From positions 100,256,001-100,320,000 of the forward strand of contig NC_058368.1 of assembly GCF_018350175.1 (NCBI RefSeq): 64,000 bases of DNA, written 5' to 3'. The notes beneath the pieces are model-generated. The model was not told the DNA's origin. It worked only from the letters and a program-made list of their open reading frames with translations, and made no database searches. Of the stretch, positions 49,138-61,608 are shown in pieces. A program made the position numbers and the translations under genes. Origin of the DNA: Felis catus. Its lineage: Eukaryota. Each line of letters begins with the position of its first letter. Positions within the stretch are counted from its first letter, which is position 1.

Positions 49138-49960
49138 GTGTCTTTTTCTTTCTCTCTCCCCACCCCTCCCTTGCTTGGGCTCTCTCTCTCTCAACATAAA
49201 TAAACCTGAAAACCATTTTTTTAAAGAAAGAAAACTTAAAAAAGATCTTTTGTATGTCGGTTTTGTATCCTGCAACTCTACCGAATTTGTGTATTAGTTC
49301 TGTCTTTTGTTGAATCTTCAGGGTTTTCCACAAATACAATCATGTCATCTGCAAACAGATTATTTTACTTCTTCCTTTCCAATTTAGATGCATTATATTT
49401 CTTTTTCTTGCCTAATTGCTTTGACTAGGACTTCCAGTACTGTCTTGAATAGAAGTGGGAAAAGCAGGCATTCTTACCTTGAACCAAATCTTAGAGGAAA
49501 AGTTTTAAGTTTTTCCCTATCGTTTATGGTGTTAGCTGTGGGCTTTTTATATATGGCTTTCATTGTGATGAGTAAATTCCTTCTCTACCTGTTTGGTAGG
49601 ATTTTTATCATGAATAGATGTTGAATTTTTCTCAAATGATTTTTCTGCATCTATTAAATAGTCATGTGGTTTTTATCTTTCATTTTGTTAGTGTAGCATA
49701 TCACATTGATTGAGTTGCATATGTTGAACCAACCTCGCATCCCAATGATAGATCCCACTTGGTCATGGTGTAGGGTCCTTCTAATGTGCTGTTGAATTCA
49801 ATTTGTTACTATTTTATTGAAGACTTTTGCATCTGTGTTCATTAGGGGTACTGGCCTACTGTTTTATTTTCTTGAGGTATCTTGTCTGACTTGGGAATCA
49901 GGGTGATCAATATTCAAAAAATGAGTGTTGCCTCTTTTTCCATTTTTTGGAAAATTGAAG
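48445..49960 (-). mobile_element. L1 (L1MA-like): 3' UTR joined to an ORF2 RT-region fragment
   Basis: 3' UTR motifs (accatgctgtacatt, ccattctactc, tttcacttagcataa), then atcatgtcatctgcaaacag (antisense of LFADDMI). Confidence 0.9.
48986..49215 (+). mobile_element. Can-SINE nested in L1
   Basis: Head, long (CT)n and tail. Confidence 0.94.
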
Positions 49961-50074
49961 AGCAATTCATACAAATTAACTTATAAATTCAAAATTACTT
50001 AAGTAAAGCTGAAAATAAATTTTGAAAACAAGGAAATGTCACTAAATATTTTAATAAAACTAAAACTATTTGCA

Positions 50075-50270
50075 GGTGCTTAGGTGTCTCAGTTGGTTGA
50101 GCATCTGACTCTTAACTTTGGTTCAGGTTATCATCCCAGGGGCGTGGGATTGAGCCCCACATTGGACTCCACGTTCAACTTAAGATTCTCTCTCTCTTCC
50201 TCTGCCCCTCTCCTTTTTGCACACTCGCTCTTTCTCTCTCTCTAAAAAAAAATAAAATAAAATAAATAAT
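50075..50270 (+). mobile_element. Can-SINE (older type)
   Basis: ctcagttggttgagcatctgactctt...; TSD aactatt(t/a)gca. Confidence 0.92.
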
Positions 50271-50906
50271 AACTATTAGCATTCGGAGCACTGAGTATCT
50301 CTTTCATTACCAATGTAAAGAATTGGTAACGTGCTCCAAGTATGTTATGTCTAGACCTGCATCCATGAATTGTTTAATATTTCAGCTGCCATGGGTAACT
50401 CTTGTGACTATCATACCCGCAGAAGCACAAATCAGAACACAAAGAGGAGCAAGAAGAGAGACTCTTGGCCCAACAAAGAAATGACTGTTAGGCAAGAACC
50501 TACTGTATTCATCTTACATGAAAGAGAGAGTTTGACAGTTGTCTCCTTCCTCAGCACAGCTGTGCTCATCAAGATGCTCCCGGACCTGAACCCTTTGGGC
50601 ATAAGAGCTGTGTTTCGAGTGGCAGGCTACATCGTGTCAGTCTCTGGGGCTGAATCTCATATGACTAAGCACACACGGGTTCTTAAAACAAACTTAGCTT
50701 TCTGATGTTTGTGATATATGGGGCTCAGGAAAGCATAGAACCCGAGGCACGGGCTCTTGCCCAGGGCAAGGATGGTCCCACCTCCGAGCCTGTAATGTAG
50801 CAAGAGAAATAGACACCTGCTCCTTGAGTAGGAGACCAAATGGAGGAGTGTTGTGTAGAGGAGTGGTAGTAGTGCCCAACTGCTCGTGGCTCCCTGGTGC
50901 CACTCT

Positions 50907-51100
50907 TTTATTTTAATTTTGTTTGATGTGTGTTGGGATAGAGCCCGAGTGGGGGAAGGGCAGAGAGAGAGGGAGACCCAGAATCCGAAGCAGGCTCCAG
51001 GCCCCCAGCTGTTAGCACAGAGCCCAGCACAGGGCTTGAACTCACCAACCACAAGATCATGACCCGAGCCAAAATTGGACTCTTAACCGACAGGTGCCCC
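50907..51100 (-). mobile_element. Can-SINE
   Basis: TSD ggtgccactct. Confidence 0.94.
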
Positions 51101-51353
51101 TGTGGGTGCCACTCTGAGGACCTCTCTACATACATTATTTTGTATGGACCTCACAGTGAGTGACAACTACAGAATAGAGGCACAGAAGCATTAGATGGCT
51201 TAACCAAGTGTATGAGTAACAATCAGAGGCCATATATTTAAGTAGCCATTTGGTAAATACACCCGTGTGCTAAATCTTATTTTAGATTTTTTAAAATGCG
51301 TTCATGAAAGGTGTTTTTTATTTATCATGTTGTCAGGTATTGCATTCTCAAAA

Positions 51354-51354
<1 letters not shown>

Positions 51355-51383
<29 letters not shown>
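51355..51383. repeat. (TG)n microsatellite
   Basis: About 14 TG units. Confidence 0.97.
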
Positions 51384-51387
<4 letters not shown>

Positions 51388-52177
51388 AAAAAAGGGCTGA
51401 GTCGAAAGTCTATATGGGAATGCCAAAGGCCACAATACCCATGATTTATACTAGTGGACATTACGACATATCAGAAATCTACCATTATTAAAACAGTATT
51501 CAGAAAAGGGAGAACAAATCAAAGGAACACTGTAGAGATTTCAGAAATAGGCCTACACCCCAAAGGACATTAGATTTATGACAAAAATGGTCCTTCCCAG
51601 AATGGGAAAAGGGTAGTCTTTTCAATAAACAATGATGGACCCGTTGGAGATCCATATATGAAAATCAATGAAATTTAATTCTTGACTCACGTTGTACCCA
51701 ATCAATTCCAGATGGGCTGTAGTTCTAAAAGTGAAAGGTAAGACATCAGTGCTTCGAGAAGATAGCATGGGAACATATTTTCTGACCTTGAGGGCTGAAA
51801 GATATTTGTAAAACAGAACATAAAAGCACTAACATAAAGAAAAAGATGTACAAATTGGACAACATCAAATTTAAAAACTTCTGTTGATCAAAAGGCAACA
51901 TTAAGAGAGTGAAAAGTTAAGTCAGAATGTGCCAGAGGACATTTTCAACATATCCTTCAAGGATTCACATCCAGATTATATAAAGAACTCCCAGAAATCC
52001 CGATTACACAATAGAAATATGGGCAAGAAATGTGAACGGGCATCTCTTAAAAGATAACACCCGCATAACCAACAAACGTGAACAGAACGTTATTAGTCAT
52101 CAGGGAAATGCAAGTCAAAACCCCAATGAGATGTAACAACACATTTATCAAAGTGGCTAAACTCTTTAAATACTTTA

Positions 52178-52330
52178 GGGCACTTGGGTGGCTCAGTCGG
52201 TTGAGCGTCCGACTTTGGCTCAGGTCATGATCCACAGCTGGTGAGTTGGAGCCCTGCGTCTAGCTCTGTGCTGACAGCTCAGAGCCTGGAGCCTGCTTCA
52301 GATTCGGTGTCTCCCTGTCTCTCTGCCCCT
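52178..52330 (+). mobile_element. Can-SINE, 3'-truncated
   Basis: Body ends at ctctgcccct and joins L1 sequence directly. Confidence 0.93.
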
Positions 52331-52479
52331 ACTTATACAATGAAACGATGCTCGGCTGTGAAAAGGAAAGAACCACAGCTATGCAATGGCATGGATGGAT
52401 CTCATAAAGATTGTATTGCATAAAGAAGGCAGACCAGAAAGCACTTCTTAACTTCAAAAGTTTTAAAAACATACAAACT

Positions 52480-52675
52480 GTGGCTCAGTAGGTTAAGCGT
52501 CCGACTTTGGATCAGGTCATGATCTCACGGTTTGTGGGTTCGAGCCCCAGGTCAGGTTCTGTGCTGGCAGCTCGGCGGAGCCTGGAGCCTGCTTCGGATT
52601 CTGTGTCTCCAGCTCTCTCTCTGCCCCTCCCCCAATCATACTCTTTCTCCGTCTCTCAAAAATAAGTAACTTTTA
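52480..52675 (+). mobile_element. Can-SINE, slightly 5'-truncated
   Basis: Begins gtggctcag; TSD aaaaacatacaaact. Confidence 0.95.
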
Positions 52676-53524
52676 AAAAACATACAAACTAATGAAATTA
52701 GCTTCATCAGGACCGTGGCTCCCTTTGGGGCAGAAGGGGAAGAACGACTGGCAGAGGCCCATGAAGTGGGTCTCTGGGAGGCTGGCAGTGTTCTACTTCT
52801 GGACCTAAGGAGGTCACTGTGTAGAAATCTATCAAAATGTGTAGTTACGATTTAGGTACTTTTTGATGAACATTAAATACTGGGAATCCAAACGGTAAGT
52901 GCTGTGAAGGAAATAAATAGTAATAGAACTGAGGAGGCGACACAGCAGGGAGTCCCGGAGGATAAGAAAGAGGCTCATGGCTGGGAAAACCAAGTGCCCT
53001 CTGCGAAGGTGAGCACACTGGCTCTCTCACACGGACAGAGAGTAGTTTTCTGCTTAATTCACTACTGCTCTTGTTGTCTCTCAAATAGCTAAGTCCCCCT
53101 GACACAAAATGGATGTGTTTTGATGGACTGCAGGACAGGAGAAGATTCAGAGATAGGAGAATCTGCCTAGGGGGTGTCCGTGCCGGGGGAGGACGTAGCT
53201 GAGCAGAGAAAATCCTGGGGTACGGCATCAGGGCGCTGAGCGAGAGGAGGGAGGGATGGCAGAAATGACCAAGACGGAAAGAATACTGAACCCAGTCTTG
53301 GCCTCCTTCACAACTTTCCGGATCCTCATCTCAGACATCAAGGGGTAGAGTCAGAGCCAAAAATACCAAGAAAAAAACGACCACAAAGGAAGGAAGCATC
53401 TAACATTAAGTCACAAAATAGTAAGTTATGTGTGTGTGGACAACACACATGCATAGACCTATTCATGAGTTCACATGAGCAAAGCCATGTCAGGGAACAG
53501 AAAGTACATAAGTAGGGAGCTTAT

Positions 53525-53541
53525 TTTTATTATTATTTTGT

Positions 53542-53594
<53 letters not shown>

Positions 53595-53734
53595 AGGGGA
53601 GAGGGGAAGAAGGAGAGAGAGAATCCATTCTCAGCTCAGAGCCCAACGTAGAGCTCAGTCCTACAACCCCAGGATCATGACCTGAGCTGAAATCAAGAGT
53701 CAGACGCTCAACCGACTGAGCCACCCAGGCGCCC
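53525..53734 (-). mobile_element. Can-SINE with expanded (GA)n
   Basis: About 22 GA units at 53547-53591; imperfect TSD aagta(g/a)ggag(c/t)tta. Confidence 0.95.
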
Positions 53735-56700
53735 ACAAGTAAGGAGTTTAGAGAGGAGAGTTGAAGATGAGTCTCTCCGTTAACAAAAGTAATATGCCAA
53801 GTAGATGCATATGTTTGTTTGACATCATCTGGGGAAAAAAATGAGCCATTTCATTGACACGTCACCTTTTAACAAAATTACTACATGCATGAAATTTAAA
53901 AACCGATGAGCCAAAAGGGGGGGATGCAAAGTAAAAGCAAAAAGCCTGCTGAATGCCTTCCTGTGTATGTCGTTGATAATATGACAGAATGAACTAGAAT
54001 CCTATTTAGAAACCATGGCAATGTGAAAAAGCTTCATAGTATGCCCACCTTCATTGACACTTTTACATGTTTTTGGAAGTGCCTGTTATGTCACTCCTCT
54101 ATATTAAGAGATTTTAGATACAAATCTTGAATAAAAACTTTGTAGACTGAAGAGAGGAAAGATGCCAATCTTCTGAGCCTGACGATGACACAAAGACTCA
54201 CACATTCACACACAGCCAACTCTGGCTGAGCATCTGAGAGAAAGGCACAATGCAATTAATCTACGTTCCTCCAGAACTTTGACTGCAGGTATCTATTGTG
54301 CACAAAAAGGCTCACCGCAGTCAAGTTAGGTTTGGGTCATAGAAATAGCCTGAAATAAGAAAATGTAAAATCCAAAGACAGTTCACATCAGAGTTCTGAA
54401 ACTATCAGGGTGCCAAACTATAAAATTTACTTTTCCAGGTGTGAACCAGATGCTATAAGATTATTTTAAGGTACTTTCTCTTCTGCAAAGACTTGCCTTT
54501 CAACCTACTCCCAAGGATTACATATCGATGATTCACACTTGTGCTGAACACATTCCAAATTGCTTAGGTAGGAGTGACTTCTAACAAAAATCAGACAAAG
54601 GCTTTTGAAGATTTATTTAACTGGTGTTTCATTCACTGTCATTTATTTTCTAGTATCTTAGGAGAAAAATCTGACAACGAATTTAAAATATAGTGGAATA
54701 TTACAATTACTAAAAAGTAATCGTTAATATTAACGTAGTAAAGAAGTCAGGAAAGAGCAGAAGTCTTAGGACATCTTTTTATTTACAGAATCCTTATGAC
54801 ATGTGGTAATATTCAGCTCATTCCAAGGAAAGACTTTATCTTGGGACAAACAGGTGTGAAATACTTGGCAAAGGAAATCTGGTATCGTAACCTATGCAAA
54901 TGACAAAGCCCATCGTCTTTGGTAAACGTGTATATAGCCCAAACATAGCAAATGGATTAATAAACGTGAGACACATTTTCAGGTCAGGTTGAACAGAAAT
55001 AAATGTGATTTTACTGCACCGTAAGTAAAACCGAGAAAATATCTGGACCTTTTCCCTAAAGTTTCCCCCTAGGCCTATGTCGTAAAAATAAACATTAGAC
55101 AAGTATACGTGTACCATAGACAGAGTATAAAGCTGTGAGTGAGTCTCTGACAGAGACCTTCATGTCGCAAAAGGGGAAGTGTGTAAATCCCAAGCGAGGG
55201 TGCATCGGGCAATCCTGCAGCGATGGACCCTGGATCCCTGGAAGAATCGTGGAGAAAACCATTATACCGTGGCTGAGGCATTTTCCTAGACTGATTGGGA
55301 TGTGACAGTTCTGCAGCAGAATCCTTCTGACTGTGCTCGCTGGTTTCCAGTGAGGGCAGCAGAGCAATTTCACCTTGTGACTTGCTTCCCCCCGAGAAAA
55401 CGACGAATCTCAGGAGAGCTGGCTCGCAGCTCATGTCGTCCATGCCGCTGATGGATTTGCCAGACACAAGCTGGGGAGAAGCTTCTGCAGGCTGTCTGCC
55501 AGGCAATTATTATGGCCTCATTAGACAAAATGGCTAGGGCCACACCCATGAAGACCCTCCCTAGGTAAACTCACACCCACCTTACTCCTCTCTTGGAGGG
55601 ATTGCCCGGCTCTGCCTCCTTTCCATCTGGGGCTCCTCCTCAGATCCCCATTTCCAGCCTGTCTCTCTGCGCTTTTGTTCTCCGCTCCTGTTCTCCTCCC
55701 CATCTCCTTTTCTTCCTCTTTTTCTCTATTTCTTCCTCCATCTTCTCTACTTGCTCTCTTTCCACCTTTGTCTTCCCCTCCCTTCCCTTCTATCTATTTC
55801 CCTCATCTCTCTCGTCGACCTACCTGATTCCTTCTGGACGGATGCCTCTCTGAGCAAATTCTCTGCGGTTTATTTTGGCAGCTGTCCCCAGTGTCCTGTC
55901 CTTTGTCCCACTACGTACCTCACCCTTGGCCCACACTGATGCTTTGTAACCCAAATGTATCATTCCCTTTGGGAGGTGAGAGTGTTTTAGAGCAGTAAAC
56001 ACCTTATAGGAAATCGAAATCCTACTGATTTATTGCCCTCAGCAACACATTTAGGCCACATTTTCAAGGGCCCTCCCTTTTCAGAGTCTCCTACCCTTAA
56101 GCCTTCTGTTTGATTGATGCTTAAGGCCAGTCAGTTGTTTTCTGCAAAATAAGAGACAAAACAAAGCCAATTTTATGTCAGGGAAATGGAGACTGTTCCT
56201 TTGAAAATCTGGCCAGGAATGTTGCTGGGATTGCTCTACTCATCGAGGCTCAAAAGACCAAGAGACTAGACATCATTAGGAGAATAAACATGACCGTGCT
56301 GTGGCTACTGTAATCTAATGGTTGGGATACAAGATGTCAGAGCCAGCCGCCGATCTGCTGTGATGGGCTATCAGGGCTTGCCTATCAGAAAGGAAACAGT
56401 TAAAGTGAATTAAATATAAAGTGTGCAAATGTATCATCTGCCCTCTACTGCTACACTGTATGTAGGAAATAGTCCAGGGTCAGACTCAAGGAACGAAGAG
56501 CCCTTGGAGCTCTCTGCAGGTGGGCAAACATGGGGCCATGCATCCGCACCTGCACGAGGCAGATTCCCCCCTTTCCAGTCATATTAACAACTGTCTGATA
56601 ACACTCAACTACTAGCTTAGGCACCCACCTTCTTCCCCTTTCAAAATGAGAATGGTTTGATTCTTACGTGGTGACTTTTCCCATGATAAAAGCAGGAGTT

Positions 56701-57213
56701 AAAAATAGTGCTTGTCTGTGTTGTTCTTGACAACATTTCAAATGAAGCCTAAATCTCTCATCCTGCTTGAACCAGACAAGAAGTTACTGCCTTAGTGGGT
56801 TTTTTTTTTCTTTCCTGAATCCTAGTAGCTGTCATGATTCACAGCTTTGTATGTGATCTTGGCATTCTTTTCTGTGATTAACCCAAATTAAAGTTTACAT
56901 TGTCTGCTATTTTCCCCAGATTTTCTAATTGGATGAAAGGAACATACTTAGCATTCAGGGGGAATTATGATAATGAAAATGACCCTAGCCAGCCAGGATG
57001 GCATTAAAAATATGTGGTTTGCTAATTACAGAAGGGAAAAAAAGCTATTATGTCAGATTAAAAGCTTCATCTCTTAATGGGTAGCAAGCTCAGAATTTCT
57101 TTGTCTGAAGGGTATCTTCAAATCAATAGTTTCTTTTGTATCAGAGTCCAAAGAATCTGTTTTGGTTACTTGAAAAATTCAGTAGAGACTTTTAGCAATA
57201 TAAGAAATATTTT

Positions 57214-57436
57214 GGGGCACCTGGGTGGCTCAGTTGGTTAAGCATCTGACTTTGACTCAGGTCATGATCTCACAGTTAGTGAGTTTGAGCCCCGCATTGG
57301 GCTCTATGCTGACAGCTCAGAGCTTGGAGCCTGCTTGGGATTCTGTGTGTCCCTCTCTCTCTGCCCCTCCCCTACTCACTCTGTCTCTCTCTCTCTCTCT
57401 CAAAAAATAAATAAACATTAAAAAAATCAATTAAAA
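57214..57436 (+). mobile_element. Can-SINE
   Basis: TSD aagaaatatttt. Confidence 0.96.
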
Positions 57437-57564
57437 AAGAAATATTTTTACATAGGTAGGGTACTCTCTGAAGTGAAAAGGATGCTATATATACAAAATC
57501 TCATGACATTTAAATTTTTCCAGATCCTCCTAGGATGTTCACATTGAAGGGGACGTTGGAGACA

Positions 57565-58030
57565 ATCCAGCGGTTCTCACTTGTAGCTCAGAACGCCTGG
57601 AGGGCTCTTAAAACACAAAGGGTGGGCTCAGGCCCAGAAGTTCCAAGTCAGCAGTATTTGCGTTTGCAACAAGTTCAAGTGATAGTGATGCTTTTGCTCC
57701 AGGAACCACACTCTGATTGCCTCCAACCCAGGCCAACCCTCTTGATTTACAGACTGGGAACCTGCAGTTTGAATACAGGGCTCACTGCTAAACAGTTTGC
57801 AGGTGGATGAGGTAAGAAAAGAACCTTCTTGCTCCCGGTTCCACCCTTGGTCTCCTCCACCAGTGCTTCACCTCTTCCGTGCATCCAACATGATCTGGGG
57901 AACTAGATAAAACACACTGATTCAGTAGGTCTGGGGGGGGAGGGGGAGCACAGATCTGGGCTTCTGTGTTTCTAACCAGCTCCCAGGTGCTGACCTTGCA
58001 GCTGGTCCACAGTCAGACTTTGAGTAGCTC
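57565..58030. mobile_element. Two MER5-like MITE fragments (~57565-57720 and ~57915-58030) in a probable MIR remnant
   Basis: cagcggttctc...cctggagggctcttaaaacaca...gaaccacactctga; ctgattcagtaggtctggg...tttctaaccagctcccaggtg...cagactttgagtagc. Confidence 0.7.
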
Positions 58031-58109
58031 GGTCTTACACTGTGTTATACAACAGTTTGGCTTCTTTGTGTTAATTACTTACATTCTGAAAAGGCAAAAA
58101 AATATTTTT

Positions 58110-59885
58110 GTTCTAATAAAATTTATTGTAGAGACATTTTAGGTTCATGGTAAAACTGAGCAGAAGGCACAAACAGTTCCCATATACTCCCCACCACCGC
58201 TATCAACAGCCCCCCCCCCCGCCCAGAGTGGTACCTTTATTACAATTGATGAACCTACCCTCATCCATCATTATCACCCAAAGTCCATAGTTTACATTTG
58301 TGTGCACAGTTGTTGTTATTGTTGTAAGTTCTATGTGTTTTAACAAATGATTAATGGCATGTGTTATACAGAATACTTTCACTGCCCTAAAAGTCCCCCA
58401 GGCTCTGTCCATTCATCCCTCTCTCCCACTTAGCCCTGGCAACCACTGACCTTTTTTTACTGTCTCTCTTGTTTTTGCCTTTTCCGGAACACCATACTGT
58501 TGGACTCATCCGGTATGTAGACTTTTCAGAATGGACTTTTTTCACCCCGGTTCCTCCATGTTTTTTCATGTCTTGGTAGCTCGTTTCTTTAGAGCACTCA
58601 ATGATACTTACTCCGTGACCCGGCCATTGTCCATTGTCATAGCACAGGTTATCCGTTCAAGTACTGAAGGACACCTTGGTTACTTACTTCCAAGTTGTAG
58701 CGATTGTGAATAAGCATCCGTGTGCAGGGTGTCGTGTGGACCTAAGTTTTCAACTCCTTTGGGTAAATACCAAAGAGTGCAATTGCTGGATCACGTGGTA
58801 AGGGTATGTTTCGTTTTGTAAGAAACTGCCAAATGGCCTTCCAAAATGGCTACAGCATTCTGCGTCCCTACCAGCTCCTTATGAGAGTCGCCACAGCTCC
58901 ACATCCCCATTAATATTCGGTGTTGTCACTGTTCCAGATTTTGATCATTCCAATAGGTGTCTAGGGGTATCTCATTGTTATTTTAATTTGCAGTTCCCTA
59001 ATGATAAATGATGTTGAACAGCTTTTCACATGCCTATCTGCCATCTGTATATTTTCTTCGGTGAGGTGTCCGTTAAGTTCTTTTGCTCATTTTTTATTGG
59101 TTATACGTTTTAATTTTCGAGTTTCAAGAGTTCTTTCTAGGGACATGTAGGTGGCTCAGTCAGTTAAGCATCCTACTTTTGGTTTCCACTCAGGTCTGAT
59201 CTTGCAGTTCTGTGATTTTGAGATCCATGTTGGGCTCTGCACTGGTGGTGCAAAGCCTGCTTGGGATTCTCCCTCTTCCCCTCTCTCTCTGCCCTTCCCC
59301 TACTTGTGCTGTCTCTGACTCTCTCAAAATAAATAAACTTTTTTTAATGATAAGTTTTGGGGCTCCTGGGTGGCTCAGTCTGTTAAGGGTCCAACTTTGG
59401 CTCAGGTCATGATCTCATGGTCCACGAGTTTGAGCCCCAGAACCTGAAGCCTGCTTCAGATTCTGTGTCTCCCTCTCTCTCTGCCCCTCCCCCACTTGCA
59501 CTCTGTCTGTCTCTCTCTCAAAAATAAATACACATTAGGGGCGCCTGGGTGGCGCAGTCGTTAAGCGTCCGACTTCAGCCAGGTCACGATCTTGCGGTCC
59601 GTGGGTTCGAGCCCCGCATCGGGCTCTGGGCTGATGGCTCAGAGCCTGAAGCCTGTTTCCGATTCTGTGTCTCCCTCTCTCTCTGCCCCTCCCCCGTTCA
59701 TGCTCTGTCTCTCTCTGTCCCAAAAATAAATAAAAAAGTTGAAAAAAAATTTTTTTAAAAATAAAAAAAATAAATACACATTAAAAAAAAAGATGCCTTA
59801 TCTTAAAAAAAAAAAAAAAAAGGATAAGTCTTTCATAATGCATGTCTTCTGCAAATGTTTTCTCCCAGTCTGTGACTTGTCTCCT
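58110..59885 (-). mobile_element. L1MC1-like 3' end, interrupted by a SINE cluster
   Basis: ttttaggttcatggtaaaactgagcagaagg...ccagagtggtacctttattacaattgatgaacctac...cattatcacccaaagtccatagtttacatt; resumes tctgcaaatgttttctcccagtctgtg after the SINEs. Confidence 0.9.
59140..59820 (+). mobile_element. Three nested/tandem Can-SINEs (59140-59345, 59359-59537 plus tail, 59538-59766)
   Basis: Three heads; TSD aaaataaatacacatta (59521-59537 / 59767-59783); imperfect TSD gataagt(t/c)ttt. Confidence 0.95.
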
Positions 59886-59914
59886 TGAATTATTAAAAAT
59901 ATCTTTTAAACTAC

Positions 59915-60135
59915 TTTTTTAAAAAAACTTTATTTATTTATTTTGAAAAAATACAGAGACAGCACGAGTGGGGGAGGGCCAGAGAGAGAAGGAGGGAGAG
60001 CACATCCCAAGCAGGTTCCACACTGTCAGCAGCACAGAGCCCAGTGTGGGGCTCGAACCCATGAAACTGTGAGATCATGACCTGAGCTGAAACCAAGAGA
60101 CAGATGCTCAACTGACTGAGCCACCCAGGCATTCC
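59915..60135 (-). mobile_element. Can-SINE
   Basis: TSD taaactactttt (59907-59918 / 60136-60147). Confidence 0.95.
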
Positions 60136-60164
60136 TAAACTACTTTTATTAAAAATATGTTTTA

Positions 60165-60620
60165 GGGGTGCCTGGGTGGCGCAGTTGGTTAAGCGTCCGA
60201 CTTCAGCCAGGTCACGATCTCGCAGTCCGTGAGTTCGAGCCCCGCATCAGGCTCTGGGCTGATGGCTCAGAGCCTGGAGCCTGTTTCTGATTCTGTGTCT
60301 CCCTCTCTCTCTGCCCCTCCCCGGTTCATGCTCTGTCTCTCTCTGTCCCTAAAATAAATAAACGTTGAAAAAAAATTTAAAAAAAATATGTTTTAGTGGC
60401 GCCTGGGTGGCTCAGTTGGTTAAGCATCTGACTTTGACTCAGGTCGTGATCTTGCGGTTTGTGGGTTCAAGCCCCATGTCAGGCTCTGTGCTGACAGCTC
60501 AGAGCCTGGAGCCTGTTTCAAATTCTGTGTCTCCCTCTCTCTCTGTCCTGCCCCCACTCATCATCTGTCTCTCTCTGCCTCTCAAAAATGAACTAAAACA
60601 TTAAAAAAATTAAGAAAAAG
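60165..60620 (+). mobile_element. Two tandem Can-SINEs (young copy 60165-60381; older copy 60396-60620)
   Basis: TSD aaaaatatgtttta (60151-60164 / 60382-60395). Confidence 0.96.
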
Positions 60621-60709
60621 TCATCTTTTAAACTACTTTGTTATTACATCAAAAATGGAAGAATATTCTGAATATACTGAGTATTTTTCTAGATGTGTTA
60701 AAACTGTTT

Positions 60710-61170
60710 TTTAACAACTAGTTATTAAATAGCTACTGATCACTAGCTTTTGTATGTGTCCATTCATCCAAGGGCCTCTATTTTCATGCACTTTCCCTGT
60801 GCTAGGAATTTGGAACACCAGAGTTTTTGGCCCGTCTCAGGCATCAAGTCTAGTTAGAAAGGCACGTGTAAGATGTCAAACAGACTACATTGTCGCAGGT
60901 GTGACCGCAAGCAATGCATGTAACAAGGGAACCATACTGGAGGGATTGAGAGGAGGTGACTTCTGAGCTGAGTTTTAAGGTACACAGGGGAGTTCAACAG
61001 ATTTTGAGAGGGGTGTGGGGGAGGGAAAGACATTCCAGACTGAGATGTCAGAGAACTTAAAAGTAGAAGAGGAAAAGCCTGGAGACAAAACACTGACGAA
61101 GGTTTATTTACGTTTAGGGAGACATGGGAGGAAGATAAAGCAAAACAGAGATAGGGCATCTTCAGAGACT
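60710..61170 (-). mobile_element. L2 fragment
   Basis: caactagttattaaatagctact...ctgtgctaggaatttggaacac...ggaggtgacttctgagctgagttttaagg...gaaagacattccag. Confidence 0.7.
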
Positions 61171-61608
61171 TAGGAGAAACTAATGTCCGGAGCTAAATTT
61201 AAAAATAATGTAGAGTTACCTACTGATTGTTTTTGTACTCCAGCAGATATAAACAATAAGAATCTAGCTTCTTAGATTTCTAGTCTATGGCGAAGTCAAC
61301 ACACTTTAGCTCACTGGGACTGATTGTTAAGGCAGACACACTGGCTAAACCTCAGAGACTCATATAAATTTAAAAGTCGCAATTTTAAAAACACTATCTG
61401 TCTTAAGCAATTTAAACTCAAACTAACATATGAATAGCTACCTTAAGTGAAAGGTACTTTAAAGCAATCCGAAAAACACAGACTCACTTGGTTAGATTGC
61501 AAGCTTTAGGAGGGCAGGAACTGTGAGTTACAGTCATAAGCTCCTGAAGATTAATTAACTAGTATTTTTACTTCTACTCTTGAGCTGTACTTCTTTTAAA
61601 ATGTTATA

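Larger units (their letters stand above)
51390..52880 (+). mobile_element. Old L1 (L1MB/MC-like), ORF2 3' part and 3' UTR
   Basis: gtcttttcaataaac, aaattggacaacatcaaatttaaaaacttctg, cattagtcatcagggaaatgcaa-like motifs. Confidence 0.85.

Noticed and set aside
55333..55341. GTGCTCGCT resembling the U6 snRNA 5' end
   Set aside because: Only 9 nt match; the downstream sequence is unrelated.
59140..60620. Regularly recurring ~200-bp repeats as a CRISPR-like or tRNA array
   Set aside because: They are dispersed-type SINEs with A tails and TSDs; there is no repeat-spacer structure, and the tRNA-like heads do not form complete tRNA genes.
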